Both the position numbers and the translations under genes were made by a program. Under the pieces are notes generated by a model. It saw only the letters and a list, made by a program, of their open reading frames with translations. It was not told the DNA's origin and ran no database searches. From Candidatus Woesearchaeota archaeon (GTDB lineage Archaea; Nanobdellota; Nanobdellia; Pacearchaeales; GW2011-AR1), in NCBI GenBank assembly GCA_964365855.1, contig CAYIRC010000003.1, forward strand, positions 2,629-50,090: a stretch of DNA of 47,462 nt, given 5' to 3'. Positions 37,202 through 46,475 of this stretch are shown piece after piece (positions within the stretch are counted from its first letter, which is position 1; each line of letters begins with the position of its first letter).

Positions 37202-37954
37202 TTATCTGATAAGCAATAATACAATCATCAATACAATACCCAATATAAATGATGCTAGTTCTAATACAGACTCAAGTGTTTGATTTTCCTTATGCAACTC
37301 AGGAATTAGGTCGCTTCCAGCAATATAAATAAATCCTCCGGCTGCAATTGGAAGCAATATGTCGCTTAAATTATTCATAGGCCCGCTGATTACTATAGCA
37401 ACAACTGCCCCAAGAACTGCTAAAAGTCCGAATAAAAAGTTAAAAACCAGGGCTCTCTTTTTAGTAAATCCTCCTCGTATAAGCACGCAGAACTCGCCTG
37501 CTTCCTGGGGTATTTCATGAAAAGCCACTGCAAGAGTAGTTGCAATCCCTAAAGGAAGGCTGGCAATATAACTAGCAGCTATTATCATCCCATCTATGAA
37601 ATTATGCAATCCATCTCCAACTAAATTCATATATGCAAAAGCATGCACATGCTCGTTAGTTACAGGCCTATGGCAATGCCTCCAATGAATAAACTTCTCA
37701 AGAATAAAAAATATCAAAATCCCAAATAACAAAAACAAAGAAATGCTTAAAGTAAAACCCTGTTTTTTAGTTGCTTCTGGAAGAATATGCAAAAAAGCAT
37801 CTCCAAATAAAGCTCCTGTAGAAAAGCTGACAAAATAAAGAAGCAATTTATTAAATGTAGCAGACTTTACAACAAAGCTAAAAAGTCCTATAAAAGATAT
37901 CAGGCTGATTAGCAAAACACTAATTAATGAATAAAGCCAGATATTATACAACAT
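37202..37954 (-). CDS. ZIP-family metal transporter
   Basis: HWRHCH, GDGLHNFIDG, HEIPQE, LIPELH. Confidence 0.95.
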   Translation of the reverse strand: MLYNIWLYSLISVLLISLISFIGLFSFVVKSATFNKLLLYFVSFSTGALFGDAFLHILPEATKKQGFTLSISLFLLFGILIFFILEKFIHWRHCHRPVTNEHVHAFAYMNLVGDGLHNFIDGMIIAASYIASLPLGIATTLAVAFHEIPQEAGEFCVLIRGGFTKKRALVFNFLFGLLAVLGAVVAIVISGPMNNLSDILLPIAAGGFIYIAGSDLIPELHKENQTLESVLELASFILGIVLMIVLLLIR

Positions 37955-37978
37955 TTCTAGAAGAAATTAAAAGTCTTT

Positions 37979-38236
37979 TTAAAGATTATGTGCATGCTTT
38001 GAAAGTCCTTTAGGATTCAAGCGCTTTATAACTATATAATATACTAAAGCTCCAACCCAGCTAGTAATTGCTATAATAACTATCCAAATAATTTTCTCAA
38101 GGTCATTCTTGAAATTCCTCTTAGCGCAATCGACAATCATCCAAATCCAAAACGCAAAAACAAATATTATCAAAGCAATCATAGTAAATACTAAAACCAG
38201 TGCAAATGGAAAAAACCAAAATTGTCGCATTGCCAT
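37979..38236 (-). CDS. PLDc_N-like small membrane protein
   Basis: FWIWMIVDC.KR....K..W......VGALVYY. Confidence 0.75.
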   Translation of the reverse strand: MAMRQFWFFPFALVLVFTMIALIIFVFAFWIWMIVDCAKRNFKNDLEKIIWIVIIAITSWVGALVYYIVIKRLNPKGLSKHAHNL

Positions 38237-38273
38237 AATTCAATAATGCCTTTAATCTTTTTAAATTAATCGT

Positions 38274-38384
38274 TCATTTTATCAGCTTTCCAGCCTTCTC
38301 AAACTCTATTTCAGAATTAAGCAGCTTTCTCAAAACATCTTTGAGCTCATTCACCTTAACCCGTATTTGTTTTGTTGTATCTCT
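38274..38384 (-). pseudogene. Orphan second copy of the glyS 3' end (36 codons + stop)
   Basis: [36 protein letters not shown] aligns with GlyRS RDNTIQIRVKIKDLKEIIRK...KFGKVV. Confidence 0.85.
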
Positions 38385-38428
38385 ATAACTACAGGAATAC
38401 TTAAATAGTAAAACATATTAATGATTTA

Positions 38429-39349
38429 ATGAAGATAGATAAAGAATTAGTAAAGGGTGTTGCTTATTATATCGGAGATGGAAGAAGTTCTGCACCAAGA
38501 AGTTTATCAACGGTTAATCAAAATGTAGAAACTATAAAGTTTTTTATAAAATGGCTTAGAAAATATTTTGATATACCGCTAAAGAAGATAAAAATAGGAA
38601 TAAAAATGAATACTCCAAATTTTTATGAGGATGATATAAGAAAAGAATTTAGCAAAAAATTAAAAATAAAAGAGAAATTTATATTCTCTGTCTCGATTAA
38701 AGATAAAGCGAAAGAACACCATAAGATAGTAACCGAAATCTGGGCACATAACAGTAAAGCAAAAAGAACTTACGATAAGCTTGTCCCAATTGTAAAGAGA
38801 AAATGCTTAAAAAATAGAAGATTGGCAATAGAATATGTCAAAGGAATAATGGCTGCAGAAGGTTCTCCAAAATATGATATAAAGAGTGGAAGTAGAAATG
38901 TCCATCTTAAAATGAAAAATGAAAATGAAATAAAATATATAGGAAAACTTCTAAATGAGATAATAGGCATAAAATCAAGTGTTTTAAGAATAAGAACAGA
39001 AGAAGGAATGTGGTTGATAACAATAAGTGGTTTTTATGAATTAAATAAATTAAAGGATCTGGATATTTTTGAAATAGAAAGCGAAAAGAGAAAAAAATTT
39101 ATAAAAATTGTTGGCTCCTATAAAAGAGCTCAAGTAAAGAAAGGAGATGTGAACAGATTTTATATAGAAAAATTAAAATTTTATAATGAAAGATACAATA
39201 AAAGGATTACTGCTCCAGAATTAGCTAAAATTATAGGAAGGGATAGAACAAGAATAGTTAATGTACTAAGGCAATTAGAAAAGAAAGGGCTAATCCAAAG
39301 TCAGAGAAGAAAAACTATTGGAAGGCCTTTTGAGTTTTGGGTAAGATAG
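38429..39349 (+). CDS. Free-standing two-motif LAGLIDADG endonuclease with C-terminal wHTH
   Basis: VAYYIGDG and YVKGIMAAEGS motifs; TAPELAK....R..I...LRQLEKKGLI. Confidence 0.85.
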   Translation: MKIDKELVKGVAYYIGDGRSSAPRSLSTVNQNVETIKFFIKWLRKYFDIPLKKIKIGIKMNTPNFYEDDIRKEFSKKLKIKEKFIFSVSIKDKAKEHHKIVTEIWAHNSKAKRTYDKLVPIVKRKCLKNRRLAIEYVKGIMAAEGSPKYDIKSGSRNVHLKMKNENEIKYIGKLLNEIIGIKSSVLRIRTEEGMWLITISGFYELNKLKDLDIFEIESEKRKKFIKIVGSYKRAQVKKGDVNRFYIEKLKFYNERYNKRITAPELAKIIGRDRTRIVNVLRQLEKKGLIQSQRRKTIGRPFEFWVR

Positions 39350-39351
39350 GA

Positions 39352-40836
39352 TTAATCTTTTTTTCTTGTATTAACTACCTTTCCAAATTTTAATATATCT
39401 TCTCCTTCTATACCCTTTCTTATTATTTCTTTTAAATCCTTTATTTTAACTCTAATCTGAATAGTGTTATCTCTTAACCTAATAGTTACAGATTTGTCAT
39501 TCAAAGAATCAGAATCAATTGTTATGCAAAATGGCGTTCCTTGTTCATCAGCCCGAGAATAGCGTCGCCCCACACTTCCTGAAGAATCATAAATAACCAT
39601 AAATTCTTTTTTTAGTTCATGATAAATTTCCCTAGCTATCTTCTCCATTGATTTATCATTAATCAACGGAAAAACAGCTGCTTTGACCGGTGCAAGATTA
39701 AAAGGCAAGTGTAAAATAATATTTTCTCTCTCTTTGTTATACTCATAGGCCTCTACTAGCAAAGCAAGAAAAACTCTTTCCATTCCAAATGTAGGCTCTA
39801 TAACTCTCGGAATAACATTTTTCTTTGTTTTCTCATCAAACACAGCCAGATTTTGCTTGCTTTCTTTAATATGCTGGTTCAAATCATACTGCCCTCTGTT
39901 AGCATTGCCTGCAACTTCTTTGCTTCCAAACGGATATTCATAATCAATATCAAAAGTAGCTGATGAATAAAAAGAAAGTTCTTCTTTTGTATGCTCTCTT
40001 ATTTTAATTCTTGTTAATCCTAAAGAATAAAACCATAAAATTTGTTCTGCAAGCCAGTAAGCATGCCATTCATCTAGTCTTTTTTCTCTAAGCATCTTTC
40101 CTATTGATGTTTCCTTAACTTCATCTTTGCCGGCTTTTTGAGTTTCAGCGTCCAAAAGTTTTAATTTAACATCCAAATGGGTTTTATCTAAAATAGAGCA
40201 TTTATGTTCATCAGGATGGATAAAAAATTCAAACTCCCCTATCGTAAATTCTCTACTTCTAAATAAAAAATCTCTTGGAGCAATCTCATTTCTAAAACAT
40301 TTTCCAACCTGAGCAATACCAAAAGGAAGCTGAAGCCTTGATGTTTCCTGGACCAGCTTAAAATCCATAAACATTGCTTGAGCAGTTTCACCTCTTAAGT
40401 AAGCATCCTCTGCATTCAAAGCTCCAACCTTTGTCTTAAACAATAGATTAAATTCACCCCAAGTGATAAATTCACCACCGCACTCGCATCTAATTTTTCC
40501 AACTTCAGATTTATCAATTTTTATAGCTTTCTTGCATTTCTTGCATATAACTGCCACATCAGAAAATCCAGTTAAATGCCCAGAAGCTTTCCACGTTTTT
40601 GGATGAGAGATAATGCTGGCATCAATGCCAGCCATATTCTCCTTTTGTTGTACAAAATAATTCCACCAATTTCTTTTAAGATTACTAAATAGCTCTACCC
40701 CCAAAGGCCCAAAATCCCAAAATCCTGCAAATCCGCCATATATTTCAGAACTTCTAAAAACAAATCCCTTTCTTTTGCAAAAAGTAGCCAGTTCATCAAT
40801 TGTTAGCTTTTTTTCACTTTTGTCTTTATTTTCCAT
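39352..40836 (-). CDS. glyS: Glycine--tRNA ligase (alpha2 type)
   Basis: IYGG..G.WDFGPLG, YLRGETAQ, FRNEIAPR.FLFRSREF, VIEPTFG.ER, anticodon-binding domain. Confidence 0.96.
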   Translation of the reverse strand: MENKDKSEKKLTIDELATFCKRKGFVFRSSEIYGGFAGFWDFGPLGVELFSNLKRNWWNYFVQQKENMAGIDASIISHPKTWKASGHLTGFSDVAVICKKCKKAIKIDKSEVGKIRCECGGEFITWGEFNLLFKTKVGALNAEDAYLRGETAQAMFMDFKLVQETSRLQLPFGIAQVGKCFRNEIAPRDFLFRSREFTIGEFEFFIHPDEHKCSILDKTHLDVKLKLLDAETQKAGKDEVKETSIGKMLREKRLDEWHAYWLAEQILWFYSLGLTRIKIREHTKEELSFYSSATFDIDYEYPFGSKEVAGNANRGQYDLNQHIKESKQNLAVFDEKTKKNVIPRVIEPTFGMERVFLALLVEAYEYNKERENIILHLPFNLAPVKAAVFPLINDKSMEKIAREIYHELKKEFMVIYDSSGSVGRRYSRADEQGTPFCITIDSDSLNDKSVTIRLRDNTIQIRVKIKDLKEIIRKGIEGEDILKFGKVVNTRKKD

Positions 40837-40912
40837 ATTTTCTATTTAACTTTGTTAGTTTTCAATCATTTTGCTAATAAAACCCTTTTCCAAATACAAA
40901 TCAATATCCATT

Positions 40913-40976
40913 AAAATACCATAATTCTGGTATTTTTATATTTTTTTAATTAAACAAATACCATAAAATTGGTATT
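40913..40976. promoter_or_regulatory. Twin palindromic operators
   Basis: AATACCA-N6-TGGTATT twice (within 40913-40936 and at 40957-40976). Confidence 0.6.
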
Positions 40977-41097
40977 AAAATCCTAGAATCTCTTTAGCTT
41001 TTTTTTCAGTATAAAATTCCCCCTTCTTTATTCTTTCCCTTGCTTCAAGTATTTCTTTAATAACTTCCTCACTAAGCTTCAATTTCTTCTTATTCAT
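40975..41097 (-). CDS. 40-aa antitoxin-like peptide (not in ORF track)
   Basis: MNKKKLKLSEEVIKEILEARERIKKGEFYTEKKAKEILGF resembles C-termini of archaeal RelB-like antitoxins. Confidence 0.5.
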   Translation of the reverse strand: MNKKKLKLSEEVIKEILEARERIKKGEFYTEKKAKEILGF

Positions 41098-41145
41098 TTT
41101 CCTAAAAAATATAATTAAAGAGTAAAATAAAAAAATAAAATTAGT

Positions 41146-41295
41146 TTACTTTATTCCGCCCATTCTGCAAACAGTTGTGTTGCAATGAGGGCATTTGCCT
41201 TTTGCAATCTTAGTCCCTTTTACAGTCTTAGACTCAACAGGGTCTTTCATATCAACTTGTTTCTTGCATTTCACACAATATCCTTTTGTTGCCAT
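41146..41295 (-). CDS. 49-aa zinc-ribbon protein, DUF5679-like (not in ORF track)
   Basis: MATKGYCVKCKK.V.MKDP....KGKCPHC.T.VCR; AGGAGGT SD. Confidence 0.85.
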   Translation of the reverse strand: MATKGYCVKCKKQVDMKDPVESKTVKGTKIAKGKCPHCNTTVCRMGGIK

Positions 41296-41352
41296 GTTTA
41301 CCTCCTTATAATAATTTTAAATGAAATTTAGCTTTTATAAATGTATAGATTA

Positions 41353-41425
41353 AGCGCGGACCCGGATTCGAACCGGGGAAAAGCCGGGCTGCAGCCGACC
41401 GCAGTAACCACTGTGCCATCCGCGC
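41353..41425 (-). tRNA. tRNA-Cys(GCA)
   Basis: Cloverleaf with GTCGG-CT-GCA-GC-CCGGC and U73. Confidence 0.93.
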
Positions 41426-41462
41426 ATAAAATATCAAGAGAAATTGAATCTTTTAAACCTTG

Positions 41463-42160
41463 TTAAACTCTTTTTCCAACCTTATTAATCTTATTTCCAG
41501 CAATAGCCAGAGCTTCTCCATCTCTAAGCTCGAAAACAGGATAATCAACCTTTTCTCTGAATTCCTTTACTTCATTTTTTAACTTGAGCTTATAATGCGG
41601 AAAAACAGCAATATCTGTTAGTCCTAAACCTCTTAAATCTTTGAGCCCGATATCATTTGAATCTGCTTCACTGCCCCAGCCCGCTATTTTAACATCTTTG
41701 CCTGCAATTATGCTTCCTGCGCTTATGCCAATGAAAACTCCCCCCTTGTTGGCAAATTTTTTTATCATTTTGTCAATCCCAAGTTTCCTAAGCCTATCAA
41801 GAATATAATAAGTGCTTCCGCCCAGCAGATAAATAACATCAATATCATTGCTCAAATTTTTGATTGATTTGTTCCTGCATATATTAAAATTAACGATGTT
41901 TTTTATATTGAATCCGATATCAATTATAGTCAAGGACATTAATATTTCTGCAGTTTGTCGTTGACTAGATAGGGAAAGACTTATGTCTTTCACTATAATT
42001 CTTCTATAACTGACTTTATCCATCCCCTTTCTTCTTCATCTTCTGCGCTGTCAATCACTAGAATCCGGCTTTCAGAAACAGGCTTATTAAGAAGCCTGTA
42101 AAATGCCTGCTTGATTTTTTCAGAATCCAGCCCGCTTGAAGTAAGAAGCAATTTTTTCAT
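41463..42160 (-). pseudogene. Peptidase E (S51) gene disrupted by MITE
   Basis: MKKLLLTSSGL.. from 42160 stops at a TAG in the MITE end; downstream part has GG.T, G.SAG, FPHY; removing 71 bp restores ..VIEELIDIGF.. Confidence 0.88.
41927..41995. mobile_element. 69-bp MITE-like element, copy 2, with TA target duplication
   Basis: Identical to 3826-3894; TA at 41925-41926 and 41996-41997. Confidence 0.9.
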
Positions 42161-42230
42161 AACAATAAAATAATTATCCCAAATATAAAACTAATGTTCC
42201 TCTTTCATACTCTTCTAGCATTACACCCAG

Positions 42231-42803
42231 TTATATCAAACTGCTAATCTTTTTCCTAGTTTTAATAGAATAAGCCTTAAGGTATTTATTCAGCTTTTTC
42301 TTGTCGATTCTCATTTTAATCTCCTGTAAAACCTCATCAGAGATATTTTGCCTAAAAATAACCATATCAATAAAGGTTTTTTCAATATCAGAATAAGGTA
42401 AATAAACTAAACCATCTTTAAAATAGTTAAAGCCAAAAAAGAACTTTTTATCAATATGCCTGACAAAAATATTTTGCTCAAGAGATTTTCGCACCCCCAA
42501 TCTCACTTTCTTTATAGTCAAAATAACCGGTATTGTTTCCTGCTCCCATAAACCATGATAGCTTAATGCAGATTGCAATCCCAAATAAGCTGGCTTAAAG
42601 CAAAAAACACTCAAGCTTATTTCATTATGAATTGTGTAATATCCTTTGCCAAGCTTCTTTATCTTTCCTTTCTTTAACAAGTTATTAATTAATAGCTTTG
42701 CATAATTCTTATTCCCAATTTGCCTTGCAATTGACTTAAAGTCAACAACAGGGCTTTTTTCAAAAAGGTTTTCAATTGTGATTAAATGTTTTTGTTTCCC
42801 CAT
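42231..42803 (-). CDS. AbiEi-like type IV antitoxin
   Basis: wHTH KL.KGYY, AYLGLQSALSYHGLWEQ, SDIEKTFID. Confidence 0.85.
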   Translation of the reverse strand: MGKQKHLITIENLFEKSPVVDFKSIARQIGNKNYAKLLINNLLKKGKIKKLGKGYYTIHNEISLSVFCFKPAYLGLQSALSYHGLWEQETIPVILTIKKVRLGVRKSLEQNIFVRHIDKKFFFGFNYFKDGLVYLPYSDIEKTFIDMVIFRQNISDEVLQEIKMRIDKKKLNKYLKAYSIKTRKKISSLI

Positions 42804-43438
42804 TTTCTTTTGATATAATCAATCATTTCCTGCGAATTTGGCACAATTCCTTCCAGAATAATTACTTTCAAATCTTCTTCATCAATCGGCTTTGCATACT
42901 TCTTTATCAAACTCTCTATAGCTTTTTCAATTTCTTTCCAATTAACCACAAGCTTAAGTAAAAAGAAAATGTCCCATAAATCTCTTATTTTTCTTCGTTT
43001 CAAATATGTATTGCTCTTTTCTTGTATAAATCCTTCAGGAGTCAAGCTGTAAATAGAAATAACATTTCCATCAGCAGTTTCATAATCCACAATAACTCCA
43101 GAAATGTTTTGAAAAGTCGCTTCTAATCTTACTGCAATTCGCTCATACTCAAGTTCAGAATAAATGCTTCGGTCTGAAACTTTCTTTTTTAAAATTCTAA
43201 AACCTTTTTTCTCTAAAGATTCAAATAATTCATCTGTTTTTTTCCTATCAGCAGGAAAATAAAAATCAAGGTCTTCAGAAAATCTATTTCCAAAATAGCA
43301 TCTCCATATAGCTGTCCCGCCATGCAAAACAGCTCTGTCAAATACCTTATAAACCTCTGTAACAATCAAATCTTGAGCATAAGCTATATTTCTATGTGAT
43401 TCTTTCTTAATTCTCAATATCAACGGTATTTTTTCCAT
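42782..43438 (-). CDS. AbiEii-like nucleotidyltransferase toxin
   Basis: LHGGTAI...RFSEDLDF, EK......R.KIRDLWDI. Confidence 0.9.
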   Translation of the reverse strand: MEKIPLILRIKKESHRNIAYAQDLIVTEVYKVFDRAVLHGGTAIWRCYFGNRFSEDLDFYFPADRKKTDELFESLEKKGFRILKKKVSDRSIYSELEYERIAVRLEATFQNISGVIVDYETADGNVISIYSLTPEGFIQEKSNTYLKRRKIRDLWDIFFLLKLVVNWKEIEKAIESLIKKYAKPIDEEDLKVIILEGIVPNSQEMIDYIKRKWGNKNI

Positions 43439-43480
43439 AATATTAACAAAGGTTATACATTTATATATCTTTCGTTAATA

Positions 43481-43526
43481 TCCCAAAGTCCTTGAGTTTG
43501 TTCGTGGACTTTGGGAGACAGAAAAT
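43481..43526 (+). repeat. Dispersed two-hairpin repeat (other copies 2971-3027, 35656-35706, 47422-47462; diverged 1103-1161 and 37105-37170 on minus)
   Basis: CAAAGTCC-ttgagtttgttcgt-GGACTTTG-ggagac-AGAAAAT. Confidence 0.88.
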
Positions 43527-43678
43527 AAAACGACAGGCATAACTCCAGCTTATGGATAATTCGGTTAATTAAGTCACATCGTTTTAGAATTATCCAGATA
43601 GAAAATTCTGAAGAAAATGTTCTATAATCAACAGAATTTTCTATAAAAGCAGGAGTTTGTTTTCTGTATTAAATTTTA

Positions 43679-44845
43679 TTAAGAATTCTCTTCTTTCCAA
43701 GCCTTTCCAACAGCATCCGCAACTTTTAAAGCAACTGTTTTATCAAGAGGAAAAGGAATTATACAATCACTGCTCAGCTCTTTAACACATGAAGCAATTG
43801 CAAGAGCAGCAGCTAATTTCATTTTAGTAGTTATCTGTCTAGCCCTGACATCCAAAGCACCTCTGAAAATTCCCGGAAATCCAAGAACATTATTAACCTG
43901 ATTTGAAAAGTCGCTGCGGCCAGTTGCAACAACAACTGCCCCTGCATCCAAAGCATCCTGAGGCATAATCTCTGGCTCTGGATTTGCCATTGCAAAAACA
44001 ATTGCTTTAGAATTCATGCTTCTAACCATCTCCTTTGAAACAAGCCCTTTTGAAGAAAGACCGATAAAAATATCAGCTCCTTTTATTGCATCTGCAACTG
44101 TCCCTTTTAAAATCCTTGAATTTGTAATTTCAGCAATTTCCATTTTAGATTTATTCTCACTCAAATCCTCGCGTCCTCGATAAATAATTCCTTTCCTGTC
44201 GCATAAAATAACCTGTCCAGCATTAATTCCATAAGCAATCATCAATTTAGTCACGCCAACCGCAGCAGCACCTGCTCCTGAAATTGCAATCTTAATTCTA
44301 TTCTTTTCCTTGCCAACAACTTTTAAAGCATTAATCAGTCCAGCTAAAACAACAACAGCTGTTCCATGCTGGTCATCATGCATAACAGGAATTCCCAAAT
44401 CCTGCAAAGCATTTTCAATTTCAAAGCATTCAGGTGCTTTGAAATCCTCTAAATTAATGCCTCCGAAAACAGGTGCAATATTTCTTATTGTTTCAATATT
44501 TTTTTTAACATCTTGTGAAGCAAGGCAAATTGGAAATGCATCAATTCCAGCCAATTCTTTAAACAAAACAGATTTCCCTTCCATTACAGGAATTCCAGCT
44601 TCAGCCCCGATATTCCCAAGCCCAAGAACAGCACTGCCATCTGAAATTACAGCAACTGTATTTCCTTTTATCGTATATCTATAAACATCTTCTTTATTTG
44701 CAGCAATCCTTCTACAAGGTTCAGCTACTCCCGGCGTATAAGCTAAAGACAAATCATGCCTGGATTCCATCTTAACTTTAGATTTAACCTCAAGCTTCCC
44801 TTTTAACTGCTCATGCAGTTTAGAAGACTCTTCACCAATATCCAT
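43679..44845 (-). CDS. NAD(P)-dependent malic enzyme
   Basis: YTPGVAEPC, PVMEGK, NLED, HDDQHGTA, GAGAA, ATGRSD..NQVNNVLGFPG. Confidence 0.96.
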   Translation of the reverse strand: MDIGEESSKLHEQLKGKLEVKSKVKMESRHDLSLAYTPGVAEPCRRIAANKEDVYRYTIKGNTVAVISDGSAVLGLGNIGAEAGIPVMEGKSVLFKELAGIDAFPICLASQDVKKNIETIRNIAPVFGGINLEDFKAPECFEIENALQDLGIPVMHDDQHGTAVVVLAGLINALKVVGKEKNRIKIAISGAGAAAVGVTKLMIAYGINAGQVILCDRKGIIYRGREDLSENKSKMEIAEITNSRILKGTVADAIKGADIFIGLSSKGLVSKEMVRSMNSKAIVFAMANPEPEIMPQDALDAGAVVVATGRSDFSNQVNNVLGFPGIFRGALDVRARQITTKMKLAAALAIASCVKELSSDCIIPFPLDKTVALKVADAVGKAWKEENS

Positions 44846-44877
44846 TTTTAAATTAATTTCATAACTATTTTAAAGAT

Positions 44878-45272
44878 TTAGATTCTTCTCAATAATGCCT
44901 TAATCCTCTCCTCAATTTCATCAACAATTTTTATAATTGATTCAAAATCTTCTTCAGTTGTATCCCTAACCTTCCAGACTTCTGTTTTTTCAATAGGAAA
45001 TTTTGAAACATCTACATTATCTGCAACAATTATTATTTTATCAGCCCAATCAACCATAGAATCATTAATAAGGCGAGACTGCTCATCCTTTATCTCCAGA
45101 CCATTTTGTAAAAGAACTTTCTTGACATTTTCAGCAATATAAGGCTTTAAAAAATCAGTTGTAATTCCAGCACTTTTCACATTATGAGTTTTATCTTGAT
45201 TAAGACAATTAAAGATTTTTCTGCGGATTTGCTTCTGAATCTGTTATGTTTGCAAATGAATAAAATATTCAT
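44878..45272 (-). pseudogene. LMW-PTP/arsenate-reductase-like gene with single-base frameshift
   Basis: MNILFICKHNRFRS (CX5R) from 45272 joins ..VKSAG..WADKII..W.V.D if the A5 run near 45216-45220 were A6. Confidence 0.8.
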
Positions 45273-45275
45273 AAA

Positions 45276-45350
45276 TGACCCCGACAGGACTTGAACCTGC
45301 GACCTACTGCTTAGAAGGCAGTCGCTCTATCCAAGCTGAGCTACGGGGCC
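45276..45350 (-). tRNA. tRNA-Arg(TCT)
   Basis: Cloverleaf with ACTGC-CT-TCT-AA-GCAGT. Confidence 0.94.
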
Positions 45351-45387
45351 ATATAAAAAAATAAAAAATTGATTATTTAAAAGTATG

Positions 45388-45696
45388 TTATTTGCTTTTC
45401 ATGTCTAATTTAATGAATCTTCTGCCTTCTTCTTTTGGCACAATTCTAGAATCAATAAAAAGTTTGTATATCTTTAACATAATCAATAATGCAAAAACAC
45501 TGAAAACCAAAACACTAAAAAATAAGGTTAAGATTTCCTGCCCGGAATTTTGAGGATTTAACAGTTGAGCATCAATCTCTTTTGAATCAATGGATATAAA
45601 GCCAGTTAAGCTTCCAAATTGTGAAATTTGAATAAGCATTAAGATAAACCCAATAATAATTAACCCGATAAAAAATGTAATCACTCTTTTCTTCAT
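45388..45696 (-). CDS. Two-TM membrane protein
   Basis: TM + LTGFIS + TM. Confidence 0.65.
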   Translation of the reverse strand: MKKRVITFFIGLIIIGFILMLIQISQFGSLTGFISIDSKEIDAQLLNPQNSGQEILTLFFSVLVFSVFALLIMLKIYKLFIDSRIVPKEEGRRFIKLDMKSK

Positions 45697-45734
45697 ATTA
45701 TAAAAATGTGCTTTTATTTTATAAAATTACCTAT

Positions 45735-46025
45735 TCAATTGTCAGAGCTATATCTTCTTGCAAAGTTAGTAATAAAAACCATATCTTCTTTTGGCAACAA
45801 AAGTCTTGGTGCCTCATCATTCATAATTCTCTCCAATGTCCGTCTCATATTGCAAAGCAAGTTCCATCCTTTCCTTTTAGCTATTTCCTGCCCAGACTTT
45901 TTTCGAGCTGATTCAACAAATGGCTTAAGATAGTTTATAATATCCTTTGAAACTTCTAAATCAGAAACCCCTCCTTCTTCAGCAGTCCACTCCACAAAAC
46001 TTCTTTCAGAGTCATACATACCCAT
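45735..46025 (-). CDS. Hypothetical protein (start uncertain)
   Basis: ORF with protein-like composition only. Confidence 0.4.
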   Translation of the reverse strand: MGMYDSERSFVEWTAEEGGVSDLEVSKDIINYLKPFVESARKKSGQEIAKRKGWNLLCNMRRTLERIMNDEAPRLLLPKEDMVFITNFARRYSSDN

Positions 46026-46151
46026 TCCTTCGGGATCAAAACAATTAAGAGCTCCTATATAGTCATCTTCTTGAAATCTGCCTGCTAAAAAGAAAATATA
46101 ACCATGCGAGGTGTTATCATCAAAAAATCATTCATAAAAGAGTTAATAGCA

Positions 46152-46397
46152 TCACTTAAGGTTTTCGTAGCAAGCTACGGGGTAAGACCCAAAGAGGAAT
46201 CTAAGATCATCTGAAACAACTCTTAAAATCCTTCTTAATGCTCCTAAATATCTATTATAATTTTCCGGCTTAACTTTAAAATGTGCATTTTTTTCAACTG
46301 CTTCATTCAGCCTGATGTAAAATAATCTTCTTGAATTGTTTCTTGCTTCTACAGCAGAATAGTCTGGGAAGCAGCAAGCCTCTTTTAGCATTGTCAT
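46152..46397 (-). CDS. Hypothetical protein whose 3' end runs through a REP-like palindrome
   Basis: ORF with an upstream TATA-like box; no family recognised. Confidence 0.4.
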   Translation of the reverse strand: MTMLKEACCFPDYSAVEARNNSRRLFYIRLNEAVEKNAHFKVKPENYNRYLGALRRILRVVSDDLRFLFGSYPVACYENLK

Positions 46398-46475
46398 ATT
46401 TTGTTAAATTAATTCCTGTTTATAAGGTTTATTGCAAAAAACAACTTATTTAAACAATCATTTGTTCTTTAGTCT

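Noticed and set aside
36893-37224. ORFs 36893-37120 and 36979-37224
   Set aside because: They overlap tRNA-Ala and a hairpin repeat and are spurious.
41996-42023. ORF-track start at 42023 for peptidase E
   Set aside because: An out-of-frame ATG joined to the gene only through the MITE; the true start is 42160.
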